Shown: positions 1 to 8,949 of the stretch, piece after piece
Position numbering within the stretch: position 1 is the stretch's first letter
How the letters are laid out: the number at the start of each line of letters is the position of its first letter
DNA from: a virus
Lineage: Duplodnaviria; Caudoviricetes
IMG/VR virus record: IMGVR_UViG_3300037467_000746
Coordinates: 1 to 49,046 of that record
Length of the DNA: 49,046 nucleotides
Reading direction: 5' to 3' (one strand)
Notes under the pieces: generated by a model
The model's input: only the letters and a program-made list of their open reading frames with translations
What the model was told of the DNA's origin: nothing
The model's database searches: none
Position numbers and translations under genes: made by a program

Positions 1-127
1 CACCCGTCGCCGTCCGCAAACGGTTACGGCCAGGCTGGCGGGTCACCATCACCGGCACCACCGGGGCGCTACTCAACAACAAAGACCGCGAACTACTCAC
101 CTTCGAAATCATCAAAGGACACCGACT
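1..127. repeat. 127-bp terminal direct repeat (copy 2 at 48920-49046); probably an assembly overlap of a circular or permuted genome
   Basis: Exact identity of both ends; 127 is a common assembler k-mer; the ORF starting at 48778 reads through to TAA at 129-131. Confidence 0.95.
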
Positions 128-130
128 GTA

Positions 131-301
131 ATGAAGCTACTAGGACAAGCCATGATCATCCTCGCCGTCGCGCTGCTCGTATCGGCGATATGGTCTATCG
201 GCAGCGGCCCGGACCTTCCATGGCAGTTCGCCGGCACAGCACTCGTTGCCTTGTTTGTTGGCGCGGCGATCCTCGGATCTAAGTCGAGGGCAAACAAATG
301 A
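131..301 (+). CDS. small membrane protein (56 aa, two hydrophobic segments)
   Basis: Hand-translated MKLLGQAMIILAVALLVSAIW...; TAATG overlap with upstream gene. Confidence 0.7.
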   Translation: MKLLGQAMIILAVALLVSAIWSIGSGPDLPWQFAGTALVALFVGAAILGSKSRANK

Positions 302-447
302 CCACCATCGCCTGGCTGCTGCTCGCGCTGTTGATTGTCGGGCCTGGGGTCGCGTTGTTCGTGACCCGGCCCCGCCCGACCCGTTGCCAGTGCGGGGCGT
401 TCAAGTTGCCCCGCGCGGCTGCTTGCTTCGACTGTTCGACCCGATAG
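298..447 (+). CDS. small membrane protein with Cys motifs (49 aa)
   Basis: MTTIAWLLLALLIVG...CQCG...CFDC; ATGA overlap. Confidence 0.6.
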   Translation: MTTIAWLLLALLIVGPGVALFVTRPRPTRCQCGAFKLPRAAACFDCSTR

Positions 448-468
448 ACTGTTCTAACCACTCAAACA
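423..468 (+). promoter_or_regulatory. SigA-like promoter with TGTT-N11-AACA operator
   Basis: TTGCTT-16-TAGACT; operator TGTTCTAACCACTCAAACA at 450-468. Confidence 0.6.
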
Positions 469-487
469 AAAGATAGGTTGCCAGACC

Positions 488-727
488 ATGCGAGAAACCC
501 TGCAAGACTCCATCCACAATTGGCAGGCCGACGAAGGCATCACCGAAGCGACCATGCTCACCGGCCAGCTTGAAGTTATCGCCGAAGAACTCCGAACCGC
601 GAACATGATCGCGTTCTACAACATGGACAACGACGACGCGGACAGGCTGATAAAACACGGCCTCATGACCAACGAGAAGTTCGAAGCCCTCGCGAAGAAC
701 ATCATCGAACGGCTCGGGCTGAAATGA
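488..727 (+). CDS. hypothetical protein
   Basis: ORF downstream of a promoter; ATGA overlap with next gene. Confidence 0.75.
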   Translation: MRETLQDSIHNWQADEGITEATMLTGQLEVIAEELRTANMIAFYNMDNDDADRLIKHGLMTNEKFEALAKNIIERLGLK

Positions 728-1092
728 GCGCGCAGCCGGCCGAGATCCCGGTACTCGAAGGGCAGTTGTCGATCGACGAAGTGTTGCCGCCGAAGCGTGT
801 CCAGCGCCGCCGCGTCAAGGGCTGGAAGATGCCCCCGAACACGGTCTATGTCGGCTGCGGGTCCAAATGGGGTAACCCCTACCGGGCCAACGGAAACCGG
901 GCAGAGGCAACCTCACTATTTGCCGACATGCTCTACCGCGCTCCTGCCGGCGACGGGACCTGGGGCAAGCGCGGCGAGACGGCAGAGGAAACCGTGCGGC
1001 GGGAACTGGTCGGCAAGAACCTGGCCTGCTGGTGCCCAGTCGACCAGCCTTGCCATGCCGACGTGTTGCTCGAACTGGCGAACGGGGCGTGA
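724..1092 (+). CDS. DUF4326-family protein
   Basis: RVQRRRVKGWKMP..VYVG.GSKWGNPY...GKNLACWC..DQPCHADVLLELAN signature. Confidence 0.85.
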   Translation: MSAQPAEIPVLEGQLSIDEVLPPKRVQRRRVKGWKMPPNTVYVGCGSKWGNPYRANGNRAEATSLFADMLYRAPAGDGTWGKRGETAEETVRRELVGKNLACWCPVDQPCHADVLLELANGA

Positions 1093-1095
1093 GTC

Positions 1096-1371
1096 ATGTC
1101 GTGCATGAAGCGGCCGTTCAACACTGAACGCGAAGCCCTCGCGAACCAGCGCCGGATAAACCGGCGTGTGGGGGAGGGGCCGACCCGTCAGGTCGCCTAC
1201 CCCTGCCCCGACTGCTCCGAGGATATGGGGCCGGAAACCTGGCACCTGCGCACCGAACGCCCCATCGAAGGGAAAATCGCCCGCGTCGTCAAACTGAAGA
1301 CCGGGCGCCGGCGCAGACCATCCGCACGACCCTGGGAAGACGAAGACCTAGAAGGAAAATGGGCAGCATGA
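1096..1371 (+). CDS. hypothetical protein with CPDC..WH motif
   Basis: ORF in operon; YPCPDC...WHL. Confidence 0.7.
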   Translation: MSCMKRPFNTEREALANQRRINRRVGEGPTRQVAYPCPDCSEDMGPETWHLRTERPIEGKIARVVKLKTGRRRRPSARPWEDEDLEGKWAA

Positions 1372-1697
1372 ACATCATCGAGTTCCTAGAAGCGCGCATA
1401 GCCGAAGACGAACAACAAGCCACTAAGCACCTGAAAGACGCAAGCGCCCGCGGCTGGGCGTCATACCCTGTCCGCATACTCGCCGAATGCGCGGCGAAGC
1501 GGGCGCTGATCGACACCCAGTACGCATACCTCGCGACGATCGACGGCGAATGGGGATGCGCGCATGACGAAGACCAAATACGCGCCGGGGAATGCGAGTA
1601 CTACCGCGACTTCAACCCGGGCACGTGGCCGATCGTGACTGCCCTCGCCGCAGTCTACAACGACCACCGCGACTACCGGCCAGAGTGGGCAGCATGA
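1368..1697 (+). CDS. DUF6221-like protein
   Basis: EFLEARIAEDE...RILAECAAKRALI...LAAVYNDHRDYRPEW pattern; ATGA overlap. Confidence 0.75.
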   Translation: MNIIEFLEARIAEDEQQATKHLKDASARGWASYPVRILAECAAKRALIDTQYAYLATIDGEWGCAHDEDQIRAGECEYYRDFNPGTWPIVTALAAVYNDHRDYRPEWAA

Positions 1698-1822
1698 CCG
1701 CGGGGGATCTGCGCTACCTGCTATCCCTTGGCCTTACGGTCGAGGAAATCGCGGCCCGCGCCGCTAGGACACCCCTCGCCATAACCAAAGAACTCGAAAA
1801 GGACGACCAAGACAATGAGTAA
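1694..1822 (+). CDS. small HTH-like protein
   Basis: LGLTVEEIAARAARTPLAITKEL; ATGA overlap. Confidence 0.55.
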   Translation: MTAGDLRYLLSLGLTVEEIAARAARTPLAITKELEKDDQDNE

Positions 1823-2231
1823 CCCGAACTGCTTCGACGACGTACCCGGTTGCAAGATGGAGACGTCGCATACGCATTTCGACGTCTACTACGGCGGGTC
1901 AAGGGACGGGCAGCGGTGGGAGCTTGACGGGAACTTGGCGGCTGACCGGATTGTTGACGCGGCCGGGGGCGTCTATGTGAGGCACCCTGATTTTGACACG
2001 GCTACGGAGCGGGCGTGGTTCTCGCTCCCGAACGACAAGCCCACCGCCGCGTCGGGTGTGCATGTCGAACCGCAGGCCGGGCGCAAGTACCTGACCCTCG
2101 CCGACCTTAGAACCCTTGTGGTAACCGCCGAGCGCATGGGCCACCACCCCGACGCAACCGTGCACGGCCGGGTCGCCTGGCGCGGACAAGCGTTGACGCT
2201 CGGAATCAAAGCCGAAGGAGACAAACCATGA
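1815..2231 (+). CDS. hypothetical protein
   Basis: ORF overlapping both neighbours; upstream AAGGA. Confidence 0.7.
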   Translation: MSNPNCFDDVPGCKMETSHTHFDVYYGGSRDGQRWELDGNLAADRIVDAAGGVYVRHPDFDTATERAWFSLPNDKPTAASGVHVEPQAGRKYLTLADLRTLVVTAERMGHHPDATVHGRVAWRGQALTLGIKAEGDKP

Positions 2232-2482
2232 CCTGCCAGACACTCGCTATCGGCGATAGCGTCGTCAACATAAACCGCGGCCCGGCAATGGTCGAAGTCG
2301 TAAACCGCCGCGACGGGGATGAACGCTGGTGCTTCGCCTGCAGGAAGCGCAGGGAGTTCCGCTATATCGTCATGGCCCCGGAAGAACCGGACTGGTACGG
2401 CCCGCACGCCGACGTCAAGTGCGGGCACTGCGGAACGTCCGACGGCGACCTGTTCCCCGGCCGTGAACGGGAGTGGGAATAG
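2228..2482 (+). CDS. small Zn-ribbon protein
   Basis: CFAC...CGHC; RBS GAAGGAG. Confidence 0.7.
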   Translation: MTCQTLAIGDSVVNINRGPAMVEVVNRRDGDERWCFACRKRREFRYIVMAPEEPDWYGPHADVKCGHCGTSDGDLFPGREREWE

Positions 2483-2565
2483 CTCGTGTAGGCTAGTTCG
2501 GCTGGGGATTGGGAGGGGTCGCTACTCGTTTGGGTGGCGGCCCTTTCGCGTTACCCGCGGGTAGG

Positions 2566-2654
2566 TATGTTAGAGCGGCGAAAACAAGGTACCGTGTCGG
2601 CGTGTTCAGGTGTTGACCCGCCCCGCCATGCAGTATGTTTGTCCGGTAGCAACA
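2566..2654 (+). promoter_or_regulatory. tandem promoters/operators (TGTT-N11-AACA at 2568-2586 and 2636-2654)
   Basis: TATGTT -10 boxes at 2566 and 2634, each overlapping a perfect TGTT-N11-AACA. Confidence 0.55.
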
Positions 2655-2699
2655 TTCTTGTTTGCCCTGTTGGGGGGCCATTTTTCGCGGAGGTCTCGA

Positions 2700-3368
2700 A
2701 TGTCTGTAACCCGGTGCTGCCCAAGCTGCACGAAGCGACACGCTCAACTCATTAGCCCTAACTGCCCTGTCTGCCAAGGCTACGGAACCGTCACACTCGG
2801 CGCCGCCGCCCTCTCCATGCACGAACCCGCAACCGTCGGCATAGCGGTTGAGATCGCCGTCGAAGCCGCAGCCAGGACCATCGACACGCAACTCACCCTC
2901 AGTGATGACCGGGTCGACCCTTTCCGTATGGTCATGGAAACCCTGACCGACGCCGGGATCATCGGCACCCCCACCGCGGGCCGGTCCAAGGCGCTGTCTC
3001 CGCGCCGGCACCTGCACGCCGTACCCGACAACGCCGCCACAAGCCTGGATCTCGCGGCCGAGTACATGCCAACCGTCACCGAACGCGACGCCGTCCTCGC
3101 CGCCGCCGACCCCTACGTCTACGCCGAGCACGAACGCCCCAACGCTAGGGGCCTGCCAGTGTTGAGCGCGAACGGGCACCCCTCCCACACCGCCCGGATC
3201 ACCGACCCCATGACCCCCGGCAACGACACCGCCGCAACCTACCGCGACCGCCGAGCGCAGCGCCGGTCAGCAGGCATCCTCATCGAAGCCGCCCCCAAAG
3301 TCGTATCCCTCAAAGCCCGCCAGGAAGCCAAAAAAGCAGCCGCAGCCGCACGCAAGGCAGCAGCATGA
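2700..3368 (+). CDS. hypothetical protein with N-terminal Zn finger (CPSC...CPVC)
   Basis: RBS GGAGGT before ATG 2700; typical GC3 bias. Confidence 0.8.
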   Translation: MSVTRCCPSCTKRHAQLISPNCPVCQGYGTVTLGAAALSMHEPATVGIAVEIAVEAAARTIDTQLTLSDDRVDPFRMVMETLTDAGIIGTPTAGRSKALSPRRHLHAVPDNAATSLDLAAEYMPTVTERDAVLAAADPYVYAEHERPNARGLPVLSANGHPSHTARITDPMTPGNDTAATYRDRRAQRRSAGILIEAAPKVVSLKARQEAKKAAAAARKAAA

Positions 3369-3478
3369 TCAAGTGGCTGCACCGGCTGTTCGGGCACGCG
3401 CAGAGCACGCATGAGTCGAAGCTGATTGACCATCGGGACTACTGTTTCTGTTCATGTGGGGCCGTGTTCAACCCGTAG
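3365..3478 (+). CDS. small hypothetical protein (37 aa)
   Basis: MIKWLHRLFGH...CFCSCG; ATGA overlap. Confidence 0.5.
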   Translation: MIKWLHRLFGHAQSTHESKLIDHRDYCFCSCGAVFNP

Positions 3479-3511
3479 ACTAGCGACGGCATGATGTTTC
3501 CGTAGCATGCA

Positions 3512-3545
3512 GAAAGGCCCGCACTGGTCACGGTGCGGGCCTTTC
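3512..3545. terminator. bidirectional hairpin terminator between convergent genes
   Basis: GAAAGGCCCGCAC / GTGCGGGCCTTTC 13-bp stem. Confidence 0.75.
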
Positions 3546-3577
3546 GCCGTGTAGCCGGGGGGACTACGGCTTTCAGT

Positions 3578-3892
3578 CTATACGCCGACGAGTGCCCGGC
3601 GAATGATCGGGGTGGGGGAGGTCACGTTTCCCCGGCCTGGCCGGTGTTTCTGCCATTCGTCGATCGTGGACCGGAACCAGAGGGGTGATTGGCCGGCGTA
3701 CCGGTCGGGTTCGGGCAGGTCACCGGGCCGGATGTGGGAGGGGTCGCCGGTGAGTGCGGCCTTTTTGCGGTGGTGGGTTGCGCGGGCGTTGTAGGCGCGT
3801 GCTGATTCGAGGGTCACGTCGATGTAGTCGGCGAGTTCTTCGTAGTCGAGCAGGTCGTCGGGTCGCCGCTGGGGCTGGTTTGTTAGAGCCAT
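3578..3892 (-). CDS. AlpA/excisionase-like HTH DNA-binding protein (104 aa, probably leaderless)
   Basis: LLDYEELADYIDVTLESARAY...DLPEPDRYAGQSPLWFRSTIDEW; TACAAT six nt upstream of ATG 3892. Confidence 0.8.
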   Translation of the reverse strand: MALTNQPQRRPDDLLDYEELADYIDVTLESARAYNARATHHRKKAALTGDPSHIRPGDLPEPDRYAGQSPLWFRSTIDEWQKHRPGRGNVTSPTPIIRRALVGV

Positions 3893-3904
3893 GTGAACAT
3901 TGTA
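3881..3904 (-). promoter_or_regulatory. -10 TACAAT plus operator TGTTCACATGGCTCTAACA covering the HTH start codon
   Basis: Perfect TGTT-N11-AACA at 3881-3899. Confidence 0.65.
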
Positions 3905-4190
3905 CCTATCTGTTGGGCGCAGTCGGTACGTTGAACGGTACAGCATTTGCGCACTTGGGGGGCATGCGCTAATGGCGTGTTTCGTCCTAACGTCGTAATA
4001 CCCAAGCTTTTCATAGGTTCCACCCCTAAAACAAACGGACAAACCCGTATCTGAGCGGCCTATTTGGGTGCAAACTATTACGGCCCCCACAGTAATCCTT
4101 GACACTTCAACGGGTTCCTAAGACCCCTTACCACAAGCCACACCAACCGTTCAAACAACCCACCGCTCAAAACGTTAAAACAAACCACCA

Positions 4191-4229
4191 TCCCACACCG
4201 CCACCCCCGGATCGGTCATGCTCAACCCC
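4191..4229 (+). promoter_or_regulatory. late-type promoter (terminase operon)
   Basis: TCCCAC-N20-CATGCT. Confidence 0.7.
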
Positions 4230-4261
4230 AAAGCACCGACTATGAAAGGGGACCGCCCACC

Positions 4262-4774
4262 ATGCCCCGCAACCCCAACCCGTCTGACGGGACACCCACC
4301 GAACGCACCCGCGTGACCCCCGGCAGCCTCGCCCGCGACGCCCGCCTCGAAGAAGCCCTACGGTTACGCCGCTGCGGGTTCGACTACCAACAAATCGCCG
4401 ACACCCCCTGGGCAGACTCCGAAAACGCTAGGGGCACCCTCTACTGCGACCGGCACGCCGCCCGCCGCGCCATCGTCGCCGCTAGGAACGACACCATCCG
4501 CGAAGCCGCCGACGAAGTCCGGCAACTCGAAGTCGAACGGCTCGACATGATCCTCGTCGGCCTCGCCGACAAAGGCCTGTTCGAAGGGAACGTGCAGGTC
4601 GTCAACGCCGCCATGCCCCTCATGGCCCGCCGCGCCAAACTCCTCGGACTGGACGCCCCAACGCAGATCGAATCGACCGGCGACGGCGTCATCAACGTAT
4701 CCTTCACCGACAAGCTCAAACCCTCCGGTGGCATGGCTGATCCCGAGCTAGACGTCGACCTGCCCGATGCCTAA
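4262..4774 (+). CDS. terS: terminase small subunit
   Basis: HTH (ALRLRRCGFDYQQIAD) and RRAKLLGLDAP motif; directly upstream of TerL. Confidence 0.8.
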   Translation: MPRNPNPSDGTPTERTRVTPGSLARDARLEEALRLRRCGFDYQQIADTPWADSENARGTLYCDRHAARRAIVAARNDTIREAADEVRQLEVERLDMILVGLADKGLFEGNVQVVNAAMPLMARRAKLLGLDAPTQIESTGDGVINVSFTDKLKPSGGMADPELDVDLPDA

Positions 4775-6209
4775 AACAGTCCGCTACGACTACACCCCAT
4801 CCCCCGGCCCGCAAACCCAAGCGCACCACACCTTCGTCGACGAAATGCTCTACGGCGGCGCGGCCGGTGGTGGCAAGTCGCGCATGTCCCGCGCCGAAGC
4901 CGTCCTGAACTGCCTCCGCGTCCCCGGCTTCAGGGCGATCATCTTCCGGCGCACCTTCCCCGACCTCGAACGATCCGTCGTCGAACCCCTCCTGCAGGAG
5001 ATCCCCCGCGAACTCGGCCGGTACAACTCCACGAAACACCTGTTCCGGTTCTTCAACGGCTCCATCCTCGAACTCGGCCACCTGCAACGCCGGGACGACC
5101 TCATGAAATACCAGGGCGCCGAATACTCTTTGGTGATCTTCGAGGAAGCAACCCACTTCACTTACGAAATGTTCGACTACATGCGCTCCCGCCTCCGCGC
5201 AGGCGGGCAGGTCGCAATCAAAATGGCCGAAATAGGTTTACGCCCCCGAGTCATCCTGACCGCGAACCCTGGCGGGATCGGGCATCACTGGGTCAAGCGG
5301 AACTTCGTCGACCCTGCGCCCCCGGGCAAGATTTGGCGACCGCGACCGACCGAGGATGAACCGAACCCGCCGACACGCTGCTATGTACCAGCCCGCGCCA
5401 CCGATAACCCGTACCTCGACAAGGGGTATATCAACCGGCTGAACTCGCTGGCACCCAACACTCGGGCCGCGCTCCGCGATGGTTCGTGGGATGTTCTCGA
5501 CGGTGTCCGGTTCCCCGACTTCAGCCGGAACATTCACGTCATCGAACCCGAGAAGCTGCCCATCCCGCATGTTGGCTACCCGCGGGTTATCGGCGTCGAC
5601 TACGGATCATCCGCACCGTTCAGCGCGCACTGGATGGCGCTCCTGCCCGACGGGCTGGTTGTCGTGTACCGCGAGCTTTACATGAAGGGCCTGACACCGC
5701 GGGAGCAGGCGTTGGCGATCCGTAACGCCGAAGCCCCCGATGAGCGCATGCCGGGCCGTCCGTTGCCGATCGTCCTCGACCCCTCCATGTGGGCCAGGTC
5801 AGTGAACAACCCCCTCGCCGTCGCGTCAGGTGATGTGCCGCCGCCCGGGTCGATCGCGCACGCCTACTACGAAGTGTTCGGGTCAGCCGTCAGTAAGGCC
5901 AGGAATGACCGGATCGGCGGTTGGGCTTTGCTCGAAGACCAGATGCGGGTACGGGAAGACGGCCTGCCCCGGTTCCTGATCTACTCGACCTGCACCAACC
6001 TCATTAGGACGCTGCCGGCCGCGCCCCGCGACCTCCGCAACCCCGACGATATCGACACCAAGTCAGATGACCATACTTTGGACAGCACCCGGTACGGGCT
6101 GATGGACCTAATCGGCAAGCCCCCGGCGTACAAGTTCGACGCGCAGCAATGGGCGAAGAACCGGAACGCGTCGACTGTTACGGGGGATCTGGCCGGGGCT
6201 CGCCTCTAG
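4767..6209 (+). CDS. terL: terminase large subunit
   Basis: Walker A YGGAAGGGKS, Walker B IFEEATHF, TANPGG, nuclease GVDYG and DDHTLDSTRY. Confidence 0.95.
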   Translation: MPKTVRYDYTPSPGPQTQAHHTFVDEMLYGGAAGGGKSRMSRAEAVLNCLRVPGFRAIIFRRTFPDLERSVVEPLLQEIPRELGRYNSTKHLFRFFNGSILELGHLQRRDDLMKYQGAEYSLVIFEEATHFTYEMFDYMRSRLRAGGQVAIKMAEIGLRPRVILTANPGGIGHHWVKRNFVDPAPPGKIWRPRPTEDEPNPPTRCYVPARATDNPYLDKGYINRLNSLAPNTRAALRDGSWDVLDGVRFPDFSRNIHVIEPEKLPIPHVGYPRVIGVDYGSSAPFSAHWMALLPDGLVVVYRELYMKGLTPREQALAIRNAEAPDERMPGRPLPIVLDPSMWARSVNNPLAVASGDVPPPGSIAHAYYEVFGSAVSKARNDRIGGWALLEDQMRVREDGLPRFLIYSTCTNLIRTLPAAPRDLRNPDDIDTKSDDHTLDSTRYGLMDLIGKPPAYKFDAQQWAKNRNASTVTGDLAGARL

Positions 6210-6210
6210 A

Positions 6211-6245
6211 TGGTATGTTTGAACCGTTAGAAACAGTCGCCAGAC
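6211..6245 (+). promoter_or_regulatory. extended -10 promoter, operator-like site and TCGCCAGAC box for the C5 MTase
   Basis: TGG-TATGTT, TGTTTGAACCGTTAGAAACA, TCGCCAGAC, RBS GAAAGG. Confidence 0.6.
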
Positions 6246-6264
6246 ATTAGAAAGGCATGACCCC

Positions 6265-7293
6265 ATGCAACAACTCAGATCCGGCGAAGTCTGCGCCGGA
6301 TACGGCGGACTCGCCCTCGCGATCGAAAAGGTATTCAACGCCGAAACAGCGTGGGTAAGCGAGTTCGACCCCGCACCCTCCAAGATCCTCGCCCACAGGT
6401 TCCCATCCGCGGTCAATCATGGGGACATGACACTGATCGACTGGGCAGCGATTGAACCCGTCGACGTCCTCGGCGGCGGCACCCCCTGCCAAGACCTCAG
6501 CACCGCGGGCAGGCGGGCAGGCATGACCGAAGGAACACGCTCGAACCTATGGGTTCACATGCGCGAAGCAATAGCCATTCAGCGGCCGCGATACGTGGTC
6601 TGGGAAAACGTTAGGGGAGCTTACAGTGCCGAAGCCAGTTGCGATCTGGAACAGTGCCCGGGATGTGTGGGAGACACCAGCGACGGAAGGACTTTTCTGC
6701 GAGCACTTGGACGTGTTCTCGGAGACCTTTCCGACCTCGGGTACGATGCTGAATGGCGCGGCCTACGCGCGTCCGACCTGGGCGCCCCGCACGGACGATT
6801 CAGGGTCTTTGTCCTTGCTGCCGACCGTAACTACCTCGGAGAGCACCGGTCCGGGCAATGGGCCGAACAAAACGGGCGGGGACAACTTACGCACGGCCGT
6901 GTCGCTGCTGCCGACGCCGACAACCCGGGACCACAAAGACAACACAATCAGGCGGGAACCACACCGGCCAGACGACACGGACACGCTAGCGAGGGCGTTG
7001 ACTGGGGTCAATACACCCGGGCTATTCGTCGATGGGAAGCCCTGCACGGAACCGCCCCTACCCCTGTTGAACTAAGCCCTACCGGCAAGCCGCGACTGTC
7101 AGCGAAGCTCGCAGAATGGATGATGGGCCTGTCCGATGGTTGGGTCACTGACGTGCCGGGTGTTAGCTGGGCTGACCAGCTGAAGGCATGCGGGAACGGG
7201 GTCGTTCCGCAGCAGGCCGCTGCAGCGCTGACGGACATGCTCGAAGCGTTCGAGGGTCGCCGGTTAGAGGCGCAGGCTCTCGTCGCCGCCTAA
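6265..7293 (+). CDS. C5-cytosine DNA methyltransferase (catalytic polypeptide)
   Basis: Motif I CAGYGG, IV GGTPCQD, VI WENV, VIII HGRFRVF, IX EWMMGL, X GNGVVP. Confidence 0.92.
   Translation: MQQLRSGEVCAGYGGLALAIEKVFNAETAWVSEFDPAPSKILAHRFPSAVNHGDMTLIDWAAIEPVDVLGGGTPCQDLSTAGRRAGMTEGTRSNLWVHMREAIAIQRPRYVVWENVRGAYSAEASCDLEQCPGCVGDTSDGRTFLRALGRVLGDLSDLGYDAEWRGLRASDLGAPHGRFRVFVLAADRNYLGEHRSGQWAEQNGRGQLTHGRVAAADADNPGPQRQHNQAGTTPARRHGHASEGVDWGQYTRAIRRWEALHGTAPTPVELSPTGKPRLSAKLAEWMMGLSDGWVTDVPGVSWADQLKACGNGVVPQQAAAALTDMLEAFEGRRLEAQALVAA
6626..7075 (+). CDS. overlapping-frame ORF inside the C5 MTase; putative target-recognition (beta) polypeptide
   Basis: GTG with RBS AGGGGAG; FSETFPTSGTMLNG motif and two LLPT(P/V)TT repeats. 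Confidence 0.65.
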   Translation: MPKPVAIWNSARDVWETPATEGLFCEHLDVFSETFPTSGTMLNGAAYARPTWAPRTDDSGSLSLLPTVTTSESTGPGNGPNKTGGDNLRTAVSLLPTPTTRDHKDNTIRREPHRPDDTDTLARALTGVNTPGLFVDGKPCTEPPLPLLN

Positions 7294-7297
7294 GCCT

Positions 7298-7336
7298 TCC
7301 CACAACCCGCCCCCGCCGTCTCGCATGGTGGGGGCA
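7298..7336 (+). promoter_or_regulatory. late-type promoter, leaderless (portal)
   Basis: TCCCAC-N20-CATGGT-N6-ATG. Confidence 0.8.
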
Positions 7337-8949
7337 TGGTTGTTAAAGCAGATCCCGAGATCGGGGTAACGGGCGGTCTCGCGCTCAACGGGGACTCGAA
7401 GTCGACGTCGTTCATCATTGAGCCGTTGGACCCGAACCCTGACCTGCACTTTCCCGCGTCGATTCCGGTGTTTGATGAGATGCGGACGACGAACGGGCAG
7501 ATCGGGTCGCTGTTGTCGTCGATCAACCTGCCGATCCTCGCCGCCCGCTGGCAGCTGCAGGGGACCGGTGTGCGGCCCGAGGTACTGAACTTCGTGCGTA
7601 CCGAACTGGGCCTCGACGTGCCCGGCCAAGCCCTCGAACGCCGCCGCAAGCAGGGTATCGTGTGGCTCGACCACCTCGAAACCGCTTTGCTGTGTCTGCC
7701 GTTCGGGTTCATGCCCTTCGAACAGGTCTATGAGGCTGGCCCGCCGCTGGCTGAGCAGGAGGGCGTCGGCATCCCGACGGTGTTGCATTTGCGGAAGCTT
7801 GCACCACGCCTGCCCCGCACCATCAGTCAGATCCACGTCGCCCGGGACGGCGGTCTCGCCGGGATCAGTCAGCCGCCATTGGACCCGAAGGCGAAGGACG
7901 ACATTTTCATTCCCGTCGAACGCCTCGTCTACTACTGCCACAAACGGGAAGGGGCCGACTGGTCCGGCCGGTCCATCCTCCGCAGCATCTACGCGAACTG
8001 GATGATCGGCGAAAAGGAACTGCGCCTCTCCGCGCAGATCCTCGAACGCAACGGCATGGGCATCCCCGTCCTCTACTACGACCCGCAGGTCATGGACAAG
8101 AATGAGGCCGAAGCCCTGGTGCAGGCCGTCCGTGCCGGCGCGACAGCCGGGGCGGCGATCCCGAACGGGGCGAAGCTGGAACTGCTGGGCGTGACCGGCT
8201 CGACTGTTGACGCGCTCCCGCACCTGAAGTACCACGACGAAAAAATCGCCGAATCCGCGTTGGCTATGTTCAAGACCCTCGGGCATGATGCCGGGGCGCG
8301 GTCGCTGGGGGATACGTTCGTTGATATTTTCACGCAGGCCGTGCAGGGCATCGCTGACTTCTTCGGCCGCGTCGCCACCGAACACGTCATTAGGGATCTT
8401 GTTGAACTGAATTTCGGGCCGGATGAACCGTACCCGGTGCTGGTCCCGGGCGACCTGTCCGCCAATAGGGCCATCACCACATCCGCCCTCAAAGAACTCG
8501 TCGACGCGAAGATCATCACCCCCGACGACAAACTCGAAGACTTCATGCGCGCCTCCACCGGCCTCCCCGCCGCCGACACCGGCACAGCCCGCGGTGAGCA
8601 GACAGCGGCCCTCGCCGCCGACCCGGCCGACGACCTGCTGAAACGTGCGAACATGGCCGGCACCCTGATCCGTTCCGGGTTCGACCCTGACGAAGCGATG
8701 ACCGCCGCAGGTTTGGACCCGGTCAAGCACCTGGGTCTGCTCCCGGTCACCCTGCAGCCCCCGGCCGCGGGCACCGACCTGAACAACGCCGTCGACCCGA
8801 ACGCGGCCACCGCAGGCCCGCAAGCCAGTAGTAGCGGTAGTAGTAATACTCCTACTCCTACTACCGCGCTGGCTGAGGGTGACGCGCACCTGACCCGACT
8901 CGAAGCGATCATGTCGGAACTGCGCGAGTACCGGAAGCCGGCCGCGTAG
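7336..8949 (+). CDS. portal protein (DUF935/Mu gp29-like)
   Basis: Position after TerL; GRSILRSIY..W..ERNGMGIPV, GARSLG motifs. Confidence 0.88.
   Translation: MVVKADPEIGVTGGLALNGDSKSTSFIIEPLDPNPDLHFPASIPVFDEMRTTNGQIGSLLSSINLPILAARWQLQGTGVRPEVLNFVRTELGLDVPGQALERRRKQGIVWLDHLETALLCLPFGFMPFEQVYEAGPPLAEQEGVGIPTVLHLRKLAPRLPRTISQIHVARDGGLAGISQPPLDPKAKDDIFIPVERLVYYCHKREGADWSGRSILRSIYANWMIGEKELRLSAQILERNGMGIPVLYYDPQVMDKNEAEALVQAVRAGATAGAAIPNGAKLELLGVTGSTVDALPHLKYHDEKIAESALAMFKTLGHDAGARSLGDTFVDIFTQAVQGIADFFGRVATEHVIRDLVELNFGPDEPYPVLVPGDLSANRAITTSALKELVDAKIITPDDKLEDFMRASTGLPAADTGTARGEQTAALAADPADDLLKRANMAGTLIRSGFDPDEAMTAAGLDPVKHLGLLPVTLQPPAAGTDLNNAVDPNAATAGPQASSSGSSNTPTPTTALAEGDAHLTRLEAIMSELREYRKPAA

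Noticed and set aside
3183-3214. TCCCAC at 3183 (also 24011 and 24862) as late promoters
   Set aside because: No SANNNT at the 20-nt spacing (CATGAC, CCGGGC, GACGAA) and all are intragenic
3893-4105. 175-aa extended start of the leftward HTH gene
   Set aside because: The extension crosses AT-rich regulatory DNA; TACAAT six nt before ATG 3892 supports the shorter gene
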